DNA from: a virus
Taxonomy: Duplodnaviria; Caudoviricetes
Strand: one strand, 5' to 3'
DNA: 64,000 bases
Virus record (IMG/VR): IMGVR_UViG_3300033073_001753
Coordinates: 4,390 to 68,389 of that record
In this document: positions 19,983 to 31,700 of the stretch, piece by piece
Layout of the letters: each line of letters begins with the position of its first letter
How positions within the stretch are numbered: the first letter of the stretch is position 1
Translations under genes and position numbers: made by a program
The notes under the pieces: model-generated
What the model was told of the DNA's origin: nothing
What the model saw: only the letters and a program-made list of their open reading frames with translations
Databases searched by the model: none

Positions 19983-21254
19983 ATGACAATTCAAATAAAT
20001 AAATCTCAAAATTCATTTTCACCTTTTTATGATCTTGAAAAAAATGATTTAGTATGTTTAGAAATAATCGAAAAAAATGAAGAAGTAGCTGCAAGGACAA
20101 ATGTATTAGAAATAAAAGATGCAGGTATTATTATTAATTGTAAACCTTCAATTGGAGATAATACAAAAAGAAATTCGAATTTTTTTCAAAACAAAACAAC
20201 TCTTTTAAATAAAAATAAAAAACAATTAACAAATATTATTTTTCAAGAAGATATAGACTCAAATAGTTTAAAACAAATTAATGAACAAAAAAATTATGAA
20301 TCTTTTGTTAATGAAACAAATTATATTATTAATAATATTAGAAATGTATTAAATGTATTAAATTCAAATTTAGAAAAAACAACTAGATTTATTAATTTAG
20401 ATAGCACTTTTCATTTAAGTGATAATTTATTAGTTAATAATTTAGGAGTTAATCCTTATTTTAATGACAATTTAATTAGTTTTAATTATCCTAGTGCAAT
20501 AAAAATATTAAATAATGATGTCGAAAAAGATTTATTGCCTGTTGATGATCCTTTAAGACAACAGTTGATTTATTCAATTAGATATCCTATGAATCATATG
20601 TCTCATATTAATTTTAATGAAGGTATGCATATTGAACCATTTGCAATTACAAATCAAATTCAATTTAAAACAAAACAAGAATATGAATTTAATCGATTTT
20701 ATAGTAATATAAATAATTCACAAGACACTCGTGGAAACGTTATTGAATTTAAATTTAAATATAATAACAATGATACAAAAAATATTCAATTTTATGACAA
20801 TATTAATTCAAAAACAATTATGATTAATTCTAAAAAAAATGAAGAAATAGATTCTTATATTGAAGAATATTTTGAAGATGACATTACAGGAAAAGTAATT
20901 GATTCTCAAGGTAATTTATCAAAAAATAGAAAATTTAGAATTAAAAATTCAAATAATAAAAGAAAAGTTTTTAGTAATTTTTTTATATCACCTCAATCTT
21001 ATATTTTTTTAGATAATAGATTACCAATAGCACCTTTTAATGATAATAATCAAAATGTAATATATTCAGAATTAAATTATCATGATTTAACTTTTAAAGA
21101 AATTTTTAAAAATAATAAATTAATAGAAAATATAAGAAATCGACAATCAAATGTTTATTATGAAAAAAATGAAAAATTTTCCTCATGTGGTTTTGATTGG
21201 TCTTATACAAATAGTATAGGTAAAAATTCAATAGCTTTTAAAGGATTAGAATAA
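19983..21254 (+). CDS. Hypothetical structural protein
   Basis: 423 aa Asn-rich ORF with an AAGGT RBS; conserved-looking islands IEPFAI and GFDWSY...SIAFKGL. Confidence 0.5.
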   Translation: MTIQINKSQNSFSPFYDLEKNDLVCLEIIEKNEEVAARTNVLEIKDAGIIINCKPSIGDNTKRNSNFFQNKTTLLNKNKKQLTNIIFQEDIDSNSLKQINEQKNYESFVNETNYIINNIRNVLNVLNSNLEKTTRFINLDSTFHLSDNLLVNNLGVNPYFNDNLISFNYPSAIKILNNDVEKDLLPVDDPLRQQLIYSIRYPMNHMSHINFNEGMHIEPFAITNQIQFKTKQEYEFNRFYSNINNSQDTRGNVIEFKFKYNNNDTKNIQFYDNINSKTIMINSKKNEEIDSYIEEYFEDDITGKVIDSQGNLSKNRKFRIKNSNNKRKVFSNFFISPQSYIFLDNRLPIAPFNDNNQNVIYSELNYHDLTFKEIFKNNKLIENIRNRQSNVYYEKNEKFSSCGFDWSYTNSIGKNSIAFKGLE

Positions 21255-21258
21255 TAAA

Positions 21259-24200
21259 ATGGAAAAAAGAATAAAATCGATAGGTAGTTATCAAAAATCA
21301 GGAAAATTATTTCTTAATGAATTCAGTCGTATACAGAAAAAAGATTCTTTTGAAAAAAATGAATATTATTTAGATTTTTTTAGTAATGGAAATAAAGTAT
21401 TAAATACAACATGGTATAAAAATGAAAATATATTTTCAAACATTTTTAATGAATATACTAGCCTTGTTTTTGATAAAATTAAGCTTAATCAAATATCTCA
21501 AGGTGTTTCTTTTCCAGAAGGAAGTATTATTAATCATACATTAAAAGCACCTGAATCATTTAAAAATCGATTTATTTTAGGTAATAATTTAAATCAAAAA
21601 ATTAATACATCTGATATTGCAACACCTTCTTCTTTTCCAAATGATTATTATATCGATAAAGCTTTTAAATTGTCATATAATGCATCATATGCTAAAAATA
21701 TTTCTATAAATGAATTAAATAAATATAATCAAATTAATCTAGATACAAATATTAAAAAAGTTTTTTTAAATAAATGGAAAGAAAATAATATCGATGATGC
21801 TTTTAATGATTCAGATCAAAACTATTTAAATATCAATGTAAATACTTTTTTTACGTCAGGAGGAGAATTTGGTTTATTAAAAGATCCTATTATAAATCAA
21901 TTATCTTATAAAAATTTTGAAAATATTAAAAATAAATTAATTAATAATGAATTAGATAAAATAAATGCAAAAAATAAATATTCAAATCTAGATTCAAGTC
22001 AAAAAAAAGAAAAAGTTATTGAAATTGACTTGAATATTCCTAATGACTTGATATTGCAATATATGGCAAAAACAACAGTTGATGATATTATTCGTAATCC
22101 ATCAGCAAATAGAGTTAATATTGACACTGAAAGTACGATGTATTTTAGTAAAATCAATACAACAAACTCAAATCAGCCTAATTATTTAAATCAAATTAGA
22201 TTTCAAAATAATATAGAAGATAGAAAAATTAATCGTTTTAATACTCCTTTTGCAATATATAATTTTTCATATAAAAACTGGGAAAATAGAGGTTTATTTT
22301 TTCCATTATTACATATTAAACAAAGTTATTTAACTCTTCCTGAAAGATATCGTACAATTAATTGGAATAATAATACATTAAGCGGAATTGCATTACCTAA
22401 AATTAATTATTCGAATAATAATATAACTAGTTTTTTGGAATACTTTAAGAAATATTTCATATCACATGACACATTAACAATGACTTCTACTTTAAATGCT
22501 AAAAAAGAAGGAAAATCTAATGATACAAATAATAAATACCAACAAGGTACATTTAAAGATTATTCTCATACAATAATTAGTTTACCTACTGAACAGTTTG
22601 GATTTCCTAATCATTATAAATTTCATTGTTTTTCTGACAATTTATTAAATTTAAGTAATTTTATTGAAAAACCTTTTGTATTATCTAGAACTAATTTTAA
22701 AGCAAATGTTGAAGTAATAGGTGAATTTGTTAATGAAGATTCTCAATATTATGAAGAGCCATTTAATTTATGTCTAAATTATTTTTTAATAAAACAAACA
22801 GAGTTAGATAAAAATACAAATATTAATACAAAGATTAAACCTTTTGCAAATAAAACGAATATTGCAAATTATAATTTTAATTACACAGATGATGATAATA
22901 ATAACGTGCAGGAATTTAAATTAAATAATTTAACATTCGATTTCGATGATATTAATTCTGATAATTTATATGATGAAGAGTATATTATTCGAAAATTATC
23001 TGATGATACAGATCATTATAATTCTACTTACACAAATCCTTTATTTTATTTTTCTGGACCAAATTCATCTTTACTTTCTAATACTAGAATACCAGATAAG
23101 TTAAATAAAAAATATGTAAGAGAGATTATAAATTATGGAAATATATTATTTTTAACACCATCAGTTAATAACTTTTCTAGAATTATTAAAAATGATGGTG
23201 TATATAAATTATTAGAAAATAATAATTTTGATTCTTTTAAAATAATTGAATATCCTGATCATTTAAATTTATTAACAACAAATAACTTAACAGGATTAAT
23301 TGATTTTTCAGGAGAGATAAATATAAATTCTATTTGTAAAATACCTTCACAAATAAATATTAAACATCAAATAAATGCTCATTTATTGAATTTAAATTTT
23401 GATTTACCTTCAAATAATAATTTCGAAAAATTTTCAGGCACTCGAACATTAGATGAAATAATATCACCAAAACAATTCCAAACAAAGAAATTTTTAGAAA
23501 TTAATTTTAAAGATACATTTGATTATACGACTCAAAATTTACCTTTTGTCATATCAGACAATGATCAAAATGTTTCACAAAAAGTTGAAATTCCTAGTGG
23601 AATAATGAGTGATTATTATTTATCACAATATCAAAATATTTCAAGTGATACGCAATCAGAATATGTTTTATATCCAAATGATAAAATTGCAATTTGTGTT
23701 TCTATTTCACCTTCTATTCATCCTTTAAAAGCAAAACAATTAATAAAAATAAAAAAAGGAAAATGCAAAATATCATTATTTGGATATCATAAAAATGATT
23801 CTAGAAAGATATATGATGAAAATAGATTATTAAAAAATTATAAATCAAATAATTTCCCATCAGTAATTATAGGTGATATTTTAAATACAAATGAATATTC
23901 TGATCTTAAACAATTAAATTATTTAAATTATTTAGATAGACAATTTGATAAAACGTTAGATATTTATAATGATAGAGAATTGAGTACAAATCCTTCAATA
24001 TTAAAGCAAGGAAAAACATTTATTCCTTATTTAAGAATAGGAAATGATTATAATTTAAATACTAAAGAAAAATTTATATATGATGATGCATTTTTACAAT
24101 ATACAACAGAAAATGAAACAACCGGTTTAAATAAAAAATATTTTGTAAATAATATTTTTGACTCAATTTTAATGTATAAAAAATATAAATATTCAATTCC

Positions 24201-24669
24201 TGTCACATCAGTAATTACACAATCAGGAACAGAATATATTGAAAATATTGATGATTATTCACAAAATATTAATAATTTAAATCTTAAACAATTTAATATG
24301 TATTTTAGCTCAAAAAGATATGGCCATTTTAGAGATATTCTAGAACAAAGAAAAGATACAACAATGTACAATATGTCAGGATTAAAAAAAGAATCAGTCG
24401 TCTCAAAACAATATATTGATTCCAGCGATGGCTCGTTGATAACAGATTTATCTTTATTGTATGGGACAAATAAATCATTAACTTATGAATTAGTTGATTC
24501 CAAAGGTGTTCCTGTATCAGCTGAAGATAATATAACTTTTAATGGTGTTGAGAATCTTCCTTATCCTTTTTATGACAATATTGTAAGATGGAATAATAAT
24601 TGGACTTGGTCATATGATGATATTTTAAATTTAAAGCATGTTGCTTTTATGGAAAACGTAACACAATAA
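21259..24669 (+). CDS. Large hypothetical structural protein
   Basis: 1136 aa ORF, 4 nt after the previous stop; islands EQFGFP, YVLYPNDKI and YGHFRDILEQRKDT; Asn/Ile-rich. Confidence 0.55.
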   Translation: MEKRIKSIGSYQKSGKLFLNEFSRIQKKDSFEKNEYYLDFFSNGNKVLNTTWYKNENIFSNIFNEYTSLVFDKIKLNQISQGVSFPEGSIINHTLKAPESFKNRFILGNNLNQKINTSDIATPSSFPNDYYIDKAFKLSYNASYAKNISINELNKYNQINLDTNIKKVFLNKWKENNIDDAFNDSDQNYLNINVNTFFTSGGEFGLLKDPIINQLSYKNFENIKNKLINNELDKINAKNKYSNLDSSQKKEKVIEIDLNIPNDLILQYMAKTTVDDIIRNPSANRVNIDTESTMYFSKINTTNSNQPNYLNQIRFQNNIEDRKINRFNTPFAIYNFSYKNWENRGLFFPLLHIKQSYLTLPERYRTINWNNNTLSGIALPKINYSNNNITSFLEYFKKYFISHDTLTMTSTLNAKKEGKSNDTNNKYQQGTFKDYSHTIISLPTEQFGFPNHYKFHCFSDNLLNLSNFIEKPFVLSRTNFKANVEVIGEFVNEDSQYYEEPFNLCLNYFLIKQTELDKNTNINTKIKPFANKTNIANYNFNYTDDDNNNVQEFKLNNLTFDFDDINSDNLYDEEYIIRKLSDDTDHYNSTYTNPLFYFSGPNSSLLSNTRIPDKLNKKYVREIINYGNILFLTPSVNNFSRIIKNDGVYKLLENNNFDSFKIIEYPDHLNLLTTNNLTGLIDFSGEININSICKIPSQINIKHQINAHLLNLNFDLPSNNNFEKFSGTRTLDEIISPKQFQTKKFLEINFKDTFDYTTQNLPFVISDNDQNVSQKVEIPSGIMSDYYLSQYQNISSDTQSEYVLYPNDKIAICVSISPSIHPLKAKQLIKIKKGKCKISLFGYHKNDSRKIYDENRLLKNYKSNNFPSVIIGDILNTNEYSDLKQLNYLNYLDRQFDKTLDIYNDRELSTNPSILKQGKTFIPYLRIGNDYNLNTKEKFIYDDAFLQYTTENETTGLNKKYFVNNIFDSILMYKKYKYSIPVTSVITQSGTEYIENIDDYSQNINNLNLKQFNMYFSSKRYGHFRDILEQRKDTTMYNMSGLKKESVVSKQYIDSSDGSLITDLSLLYGTNKSLTYELVDSKGVPVSAEDNITFNGVENLPYPFYDNIVRWNNNWTWSYDDILNLKHVAFMENVTQ

Positions 24670-24712
24670 TTAATTATAATTAAAAAAAATAATAAAAGGT
24701 ATAAATTGTGTT

Positions 24713-25969
24713 ATGGCAGGTATTTTAGATAAAAAACAAAGAATAATGGATTTTTCTTTAACACGTGAAGGTTATAAACAAATTCAGAATGGTGATCTAA
24801 GAATTAAATATGCAAGTTTTAGTGATAAATTTGCTATATATGATACCAAAGAAGATAGTATTAATATCGCCGATGAAGAATCTATGCCTTTTTCTTTTGA
24901 AACGTTTGATAATAATTTTGATACTATTAATCAAGAAATTGATATTTTAAATACCAGCATTTTTAATAGTAATATTAATAATAATATGAAATTTATTACT
25001 GATTATCAATCTAATTTGATTAATATTAATAATGGATATATCACATTCGAAAATGAAAATACAATTTCGAATGATATCATTTTTCAAGAATTATCAAATA
25101 CAACATTAACTGCAATTAATAATTCTTCTATGCTATTATCTGACAATTTATTTAATTATAATTCAGAAACTGGTAAAAATGAAGACATATCAATAAAACT
25201 TAAATCTATTAATGACCTATTAATAAAAGACTCTTTTGATTTAAATAATTCTTTTTCATTAAATACTTTAAATAATAATTTAATAAACAATTTTAATAAT
25301 AATTCATATGTAACATGTTTAAATAATATTATTTTAGATGATAAATCTTTATTTGAAGATTCAAGATTTATTGAAAAATTACCTTTTATGTTTTTGCCTC
25401 CATCAAATATGAATACAAATGTTGCTTCAAAAAATAATAATATTTTAAACACATATAATTTTGCAATTGATAAAAGAATAAAATCTAAAATACTATATAA
25501 AGGATTTAAAAATACTGGTAATTTAGAAATAAATAAGGTAAAATTAAATGATTTATCAAGTGATGAATTAATTAATTCAATTAAAAATATAGAAATTTTA
25601 TCAAAAGAAAAAATTTTAAATTATATTGATAATATTGATTTAAATACTACTAAAGAATTTTTTAATAATCAAAGAATATTAAGTTTTGAATTAGAATTTG
25701 AAAAAATGGAAGTAGATTCTCAATTTTTATTTCAAATGTATGAATCAAACAATAGTCAATTAAAATTTAATAAACTATTAGTTATTGATCATGGAGAAAT
25801 ATTTGATCCTACTTCACAAAAGAATATTCAATTATATTCATTAGGGAAATTATATCATTCTAAAATTGATGTTGATATTTCTAAGGAAGATGAAACTGAT
25901 AAAATTAGAAATTATATTCAAAAAGATAATTATTTATTTGTAAATTTATTTACAATTTTGACTGAATAG
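24713..25969 (+). CDS. Baseplate/tail protein, N-terminal paralog of 36799..37599
   Basis: MAGILDKKQRIMDFSLTREGYKQI...YASFSD...YD...FSFE parallels MGFLD...IDAVLTERGRELL...SFSFGDDEVDY...PIFE; ends FVNLFTILTE-TAG. Confidence 0.6.
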   Translation: MAGILDKKQRIMDFSLTREGYKQIQNGDLRIKYASFSDKFAIYDTKEDSINIADEESMPFSFETFDNNFDTINQEIDILNTSIFNSNINNNMKFITDYQSNLININNGYITFENENTISNDIIFQELSNTTLTAINNSSMLLSDNLFNYNSETGKNEDISIKLKSINDLLIKDSFDLNNSFSLNTLNNNLINNFNNNSYVTCLNNIILDDKSLFEDSRFIEKLPFMFLPPSNMNTNVASKNNNILNTYNFAIDKRIKSKILYKGFKNTGNLEINKVKLNDLSSDELINSIKNIEILSKEKILNYIDNIDLNTTKEFFNNQRILSFELEFEKMEVDSQFLFQMYESNNSQLKFNKLLVIDHGEIFDPTSQKNIQLYSLGKLYHSKIDVDISKEDETDKIRNYIQKDNYLFVNLFTILTE

Positions 25970-25981
25970 TGAGACTACAAT

Positions 25982-28675
25982 ATGTTACAATTAAATACCC
26001 AGAAAATATTTAAAAATACTTTTCAAAATTTTACGAAATATTTTAAGATAGTAAATAATGAAAAAGTGTATATGAATAAAATATCTATTGATATAGAAAT
26101 TACTTCAGATACAATACTAGAAAATGATTTAAAATATTTAAAATTAATAAGTTCAAACTCATATATAAATTCAGAAGAAGCAAGAATAAATAATAATCTT
26201 TTTGACAATAATCAACAAATTAATTTAACAAATTTTAGTTCTCAAAAAAATCAAGTAAGTATAAAAAATTTATCATATCAATTAAATAATACAAAAAATT
26301 TACAAAAAAATATTAAAAGTTTATTAGGTTCTATAGATTCTACATCCAAACAAGTTAATTTATTAAATCAAAACAAAACAAATATTACACAACAAAATAT
26401 ATATGAAGTTATAACACAAAAAAATAATATTCATACACTTTTCTTTAATTTACAATATAATAGTAATGAAAAAGAAAATAATAAAAATATTTATGATTTC
26501 ATAATTTATGCTTTTAATAGTAAAGATCAAATTATTGACAAATATGAAATACAATCACAAAATATAATAAGTTTTAAAGAAAAAGATCTATTCAAATTAG
26601 AAAAGTCAGTTGAATATGCAGATTTATCTAATACTTTTGAAATAAAATTTAATAATGATTTAAGTGATAATACCAAAAGAATTATTAATTTATTATCAAA
26701 TCCTATTAATATTCAATTAATAAAAGAATATTCAATAAAAAATTCAGTACAATTAATAAAAAACATTGATATATTTGAAATATATGAAGGAAAAATTATT
26801 GAAAAAAAGCAAATTCAGTTTGATTTAAATTCTAATAATCATGAATTAATTTTTAATAATAAAATAGAACTATCTTTAAATCTTAATCAGATTGAAGTCG
26901 AATATAAAGTAGTAATTCATGATTGTTTTAAAAATATATTTATTTACAATAAAAAACAAAATAATATTCAAAAGGTTTATAATAATAGCAAAAAAGAATA
27001 TGAAAATAAAAGTTTAATTACAAATATTCAATATGATTTTGACGATTTATTTATCGATTTTATTTTCAAAAAGAATATTTTTGAAGTCAATATTAAATTA
27101 TATAATATTTTATCTAATAAAAATTTGCATATTAGTTCTTTAAAAATATCTAATATTGAATTAATTAATAATTGTTTTTTAGACATTGAAGGATTTAATA
27201 AAATCGATTTTAAAAGAAATCTATATGAAATATTTAACAAGAAAGAAGATTTAAATTTTTATATTTTAAATCGTGATTTTAAAGACAAAATAGAAAATAT
27301 TATTTTAAATAATGAAAAAATGAAAATTACATTTTATGATTCAATTACACAAAAAAATGTAATTATATATAAAAATGTATATGTTAATTATGTAAACTTT
27401 TACAATAAATTCAATCAGTCATTGACAATTACAAATCAAAATATTGATGATTATATTAAAATTACTAATGATTTAACATATTATAATTTAAATTATAAAC
27501 TTTCATTAAAAGATCTAGATTTATTTAAAAAATTTAGTTCAGAATCTACTGATTTATTATCATTAAACTATGATCGTTTTTTAAATGAATCAAATAAAGA
27601 AATATTTTTTAATGAAATAAATCAGATTTATAATTTCTATGTTATTTTGAAAAAGAATATTATAACAAACAATCAAAATATTGAAAAATACGAATTAAAA
27701 AGAATTCAATCAGAAAAAGACTTAATTGATATTAATTTAATAGATGATACTAATTCTTTACGAGATAATATTCTACTTCAAAATGTTTTATATAAAAAAA
27801 TATTTTTTGAATCAAAAATGTTTGTGATACCTAATAATTTATTTTCAATTTCGAATAAATATCAAATTCTTAGCAAGATAAAACAGATAATATCAATTAA
27901 TAACAAATATATTTTAAATAATGAAGAAGAAATTAATCAAATTTATAATATATTAAATCGATTAAATGACAAAGGAATAAGTAATTTAAATAACTTTGAG
28001 ATATCTTTTATCTATAATTTGTTTTCTATCAATGAGACATATGCTAGAAGTAATTTTAAAATAATTAATAATTTTGAATATGAAAATAGAAGAATTAATT
28101 CTCATAAAAAAATCTATAATAATAACAATAATTTAAAATTTAATATTACAAAAATAAATCTAGATAAATATTTAGAAGTTGATTTTTATCTAAACGTAGA
28201 AGAATTAAATAAATATAATATCAAAAATGATTCAATTATTATATTTTTTAACGATTTGATTAGAAGAAAAAAGATATTCTTTGAAAAAATATATAATGTT
28301 GCTGATAATTTATTAGATACTGACGTTTATGATTTATTTTTAAATAAAAATCAATTAATTACTCAAAATGATTATGATGATATTTTTTATGAAATGAATA
28401 CAAATTCTATTTTTTCATACTCTTTTGTCTCAAAAGATCAAATTAAATTAAATGTTAAAATTAATTTAAAAAATTGTGTTAAATTAATAAACTTCATTAA
28501 TATCATCAAATCAAATAACATAAGTTCTTTAAATATTAAGAATACATATGTTAAAATAAAATTTATTGATGACAATCTATTATATGTTGATGAAAAATAT
28601 AATAAATACAATATTTTGATCAGTATTGATATGCCAAAATCTTATATTGGATTTGAAAATTTAACTGATATTTAA
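25982..28675 (+). CDS. Large Asn/Ile/Lys-rich hypothetical protein
   Basis: 897 aa uninterrupted ORF in extremely AT-rich DNA, where chance ORFs would be short. Confidence 0.55.
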   Translation: MLQLNTQKIFKNTFQNFTKYFKIVNNEKVYMNKISIDIEITSDTILENDLKYLKLISSNSYINSEEARINNNLFDNNQQINLTNFSSQKNQVSIKNLSYQLNNTKNLQKNIKSLLGSIDSTSKQVNLLNQNKTNITQQNIYEVITQKNNIHTLFFNLQYNSNEKENNKNIYDFIIYAFNSKDQIIDKYEIQSQNIISFKEKDLFKLEKSVEYADLSNTFEIKFNNDLSDNTKRIINLLSNPINIQLIKEYSIKNSVQLIKNIDIFEIYEGKIIEKKQIQFDLNSNNHELIFNNKIELSLNLNQIEVEYKVVIHDCFKNIFIYNKKQNNIQKVYNNSKKEYENKSLITNIQYDFDDLFIDFIFKKNIFEVNIKLYNILSNKNLHISSLKISNIELINNCFLDIEGFNKIDFKRNLYEIFNKKEDLNFYILNRDFKDKIENIILNNEKMKITFYDSITQKNVIIYKNVYVNYVNFYNKFNQSLTITNQNIDDYIKITNDLTYYNLNYKLSLKDLDLFKKFSSESTDLLSLNYDRFLNESNKEIFFNEINQIYNFYVILKKNIITNNQNIEKYELKRIQSEKDLIDINLIDDTNSLRDNILLQNVLYKKIFFESKMFVIPNNLFSISNKYQILSKIKQIISINNKYILNNEEEINQIYNILNRLNDKGISNLNNFEISFIYNLFSINETYARSNFKIINNFEYENRRINSHKKIYNNNNNLKFNITKINLDKYLEVDFYLNVEELNKYNIKNDSIIIFFNDLIRRKKIFFEKIYNVADNLLDTDVYDLFLNKNQLITQNDYDDIFYEMNTNSIFSYSFVSKDQIKLNVKINLKNCVKLINFINIIKSNNISSLNIKNTYVKIKFIDDNLLYVDEKYNKYNILISIDMPKSYIGFENLTDI

Positions 28676-28741
28676 ACTTGAAAATTTATTTTTATAAAAT
28701 AGATATATTCATAATAATATTAAAGAATATATGGTTAGTTT

Positions 28742-31700
28742 ATGGCAATATTTCAAAAAGATTTAGAAAGAATAGACTTTTTAAATCAATTTTATAATAA
28801 AACTTTAAAAGCAGAATTATTACAATTTTTAGATTTAACTAAAGATTATAATTATACAGGATTAGATATTGATTTTGAAATAAAAAATAATTTAATAGGG
28901 CAATACAATAAAAGTATTTCTTATTTAAATCTAATAAACAATAATCATATATCTTTTTTTGAAAATAATATAAGAAATTTATCCGATAAATCAAAAAAAA
29001 TAGTTAATAGTAATGAAAAATTATTATTCGAAATAAATAATGAATTTAATTTATTAAAACAAAAAAAAGATACAGATTCTTCTTTAAAAAATATTGATAT
29101 TGCAAATATTTTTTTTAATGAAAATCAATTTAATGAAACATCTGATTTCATGAATGGATATTTTTTGTTTAATAAAAAATTATATTCATCAATTGAAAAT
29201 AATGATGAAGATATTAACAATGAAAAGTTTAAAAAATTTCCATTACTATTCGATTACTTCAATAATTTAAAAGACAAATTTATTAATGAAAGTATTTTCT
29301 TTTTTCCTGATTTTAATGCACCAAAAATATTTAAAAGAATATTAAATACACATCAATTAACAGAAGATTTAAGTACAAATAATATTTCTGGAAAAATAAA
29401 TCAAATATCTAAAAATTATTTATCACATACAATATCTTTAGATGATAATTTTAAAATAACAAATTTTAAAAAATATCCTATATCAACATCAGGTTTAAGT
29501 CAATCAATTTATAATATTATTTCAGGTCAAGATTATTACTCAAATAACACTTTATTTTATGGAATTATTCCTTTTGCTACAATTAATCACTTTCGAAAAT
29601 TATTTGATAAAACTTTACTTACTGAAATTACAGACGTTTCAATTTTTCAAAAAGATACGATGAATGAATATTTACCTTTTAAATTTATAAATAGAGAAGA
29701 CATATTAATTTGTGAAGAAAAAAATGCATTTGTAGAATTAGTAAAAGAAATTGAAAAAGAGTTATATCAAAATATAAATTCAGATAATGATATTTTATTG
29801 CATAATTTTGAAAAAAGTGATATCTTAAAATTAAATCCTTTAAATTATAAAAGTTTGTTTATTAATAATGATTTCTTTAATATAGATAGATTAATTAATC
29901 CAAGTAAAGAAGTAATTCATTCAATCGGAAATAACTCGTTAAATTTAATACTAATTGATAAAAATACAAAATTAGATCTAGATACAAATTTAAATCAAAA
30001 TAGACATAACAAATTTAAAGTATTTAAAAATAAAATAATAAATACAAATTTTTCACAGGTAAATTTTGATGATATTAATTCTTTAAATATGAATATTCAT
30101 ATTACAGATGATGATTCTTTAAAATATAAAGAAACACCAATAAAATATTTAGACGATATACACAAAGATTCTTCTAAAAAAGTAGGTTTAAATTTATTAA
30201 AATTAATTGCTTCAAAGATTCAAACTGATAATTTGACTGTATTAAGTACTTCTACTAATTATACAATAAATAATCTTTATAATCTTCCAGGACCTACTAT
30301 AAATGACATTACAAAAAATAATGAAAATGCCAATACTCCTCTAGACACTTCATCTAGCGTTTCTATAAGGGCAATATCTAACCAAAGAAGAGGTGCATTA
30401 CCAGCATCTTTAAATTTAAATAATAATATAAGAAATATAAATGAATTTGACAATAAAAATATTAATAATAACATAATAACACAAAATGCAAATTTCAGTG
30501 AAATTCTTCAATACACTAAAAAATCAAAATTAATTCAAAATACAAAAGGTTTATCAAATATTTCATTTTTTAATGAAGAAAATAATTTCGCATTATCTAT
30601 AATAAAAAATAGATATTTAATAAACGATGTATGTATAAAATCAAAAAAGATAATAAAAGGAAATATTTCACAATTTTTAAAAAATCAAAATTCTTTTCTA
30701 AAAGAAATATCTGACAATAATAATTTGATTCATTATCGATCATTGGATTTTTCAAAAGTTAAATCCAATTTATTTAATAAAATTAATAATAAAAATTTAA
30801 ATAATTTTTCTCTAAACACTTCACAAAATAGAAAAAATATATATAGAGATAATATAACAATCGAAGATTCATTAGGTTTTTTAAGTAATTCAGATTATCA
30901 ACTAAAAAAAGAGTTAATTGTTAAAAATAATAATTATATTGCTAATGATTCATTACTAAATATTACAAATACTAATTTAACAAATTTAAATCATGAATTA
31001 TTAAATATTGACAAAGTGATTACACAAACAGATATTACAAATATTTATGAAAATACAATTACTGATGATATAATTTACAAAATAAAAGATCAATATTCAA
31101 ATAATTTATTACATTTTTCTAATAACAATTCATTGTTTGAATATATAAAAAATTATTGCAAAAACTATATTAACAAAAATTTAAATGAAAATGATCATTT
31201 AAATAATTTTAAAAATAGAGCAAATATTGTAGAAACTGCATCATTATTATGGTCAATATCTTCTAGTTGTAAAAATATATCATCTGAAAATAAATTTAAT
31301 CTTAAAAAGAATTTAATTGATAGTTTATTATTCGAATTTATTCTTAAAAATGATAATAGAAAAAACACAAATGAAAATATAAAAAGTTCTAATGATATTA
31401 AAAAATTAATAATTAATGATATTACTCCTGACGTCATATCAGATATTTCAGGTTTTTACGTGTGGAGTAATAAACTTAAAAATATTGATATAAAAAATTT
31501 ATCACAATATAATCCTTATGATAATTCGGAACATTTAGAACAAGATGGATTATTTTACCATTTTCTTTTTTCAAATTTACATCAAAAAATGTATTTCAAG
31601 AACACTAAAAATGGAATACAAAAATATAATAATGACTTTGATCCTCATGAATATTTAAAATCAATTTTATGTTTTTATATGACATCAGATGAATTTAATA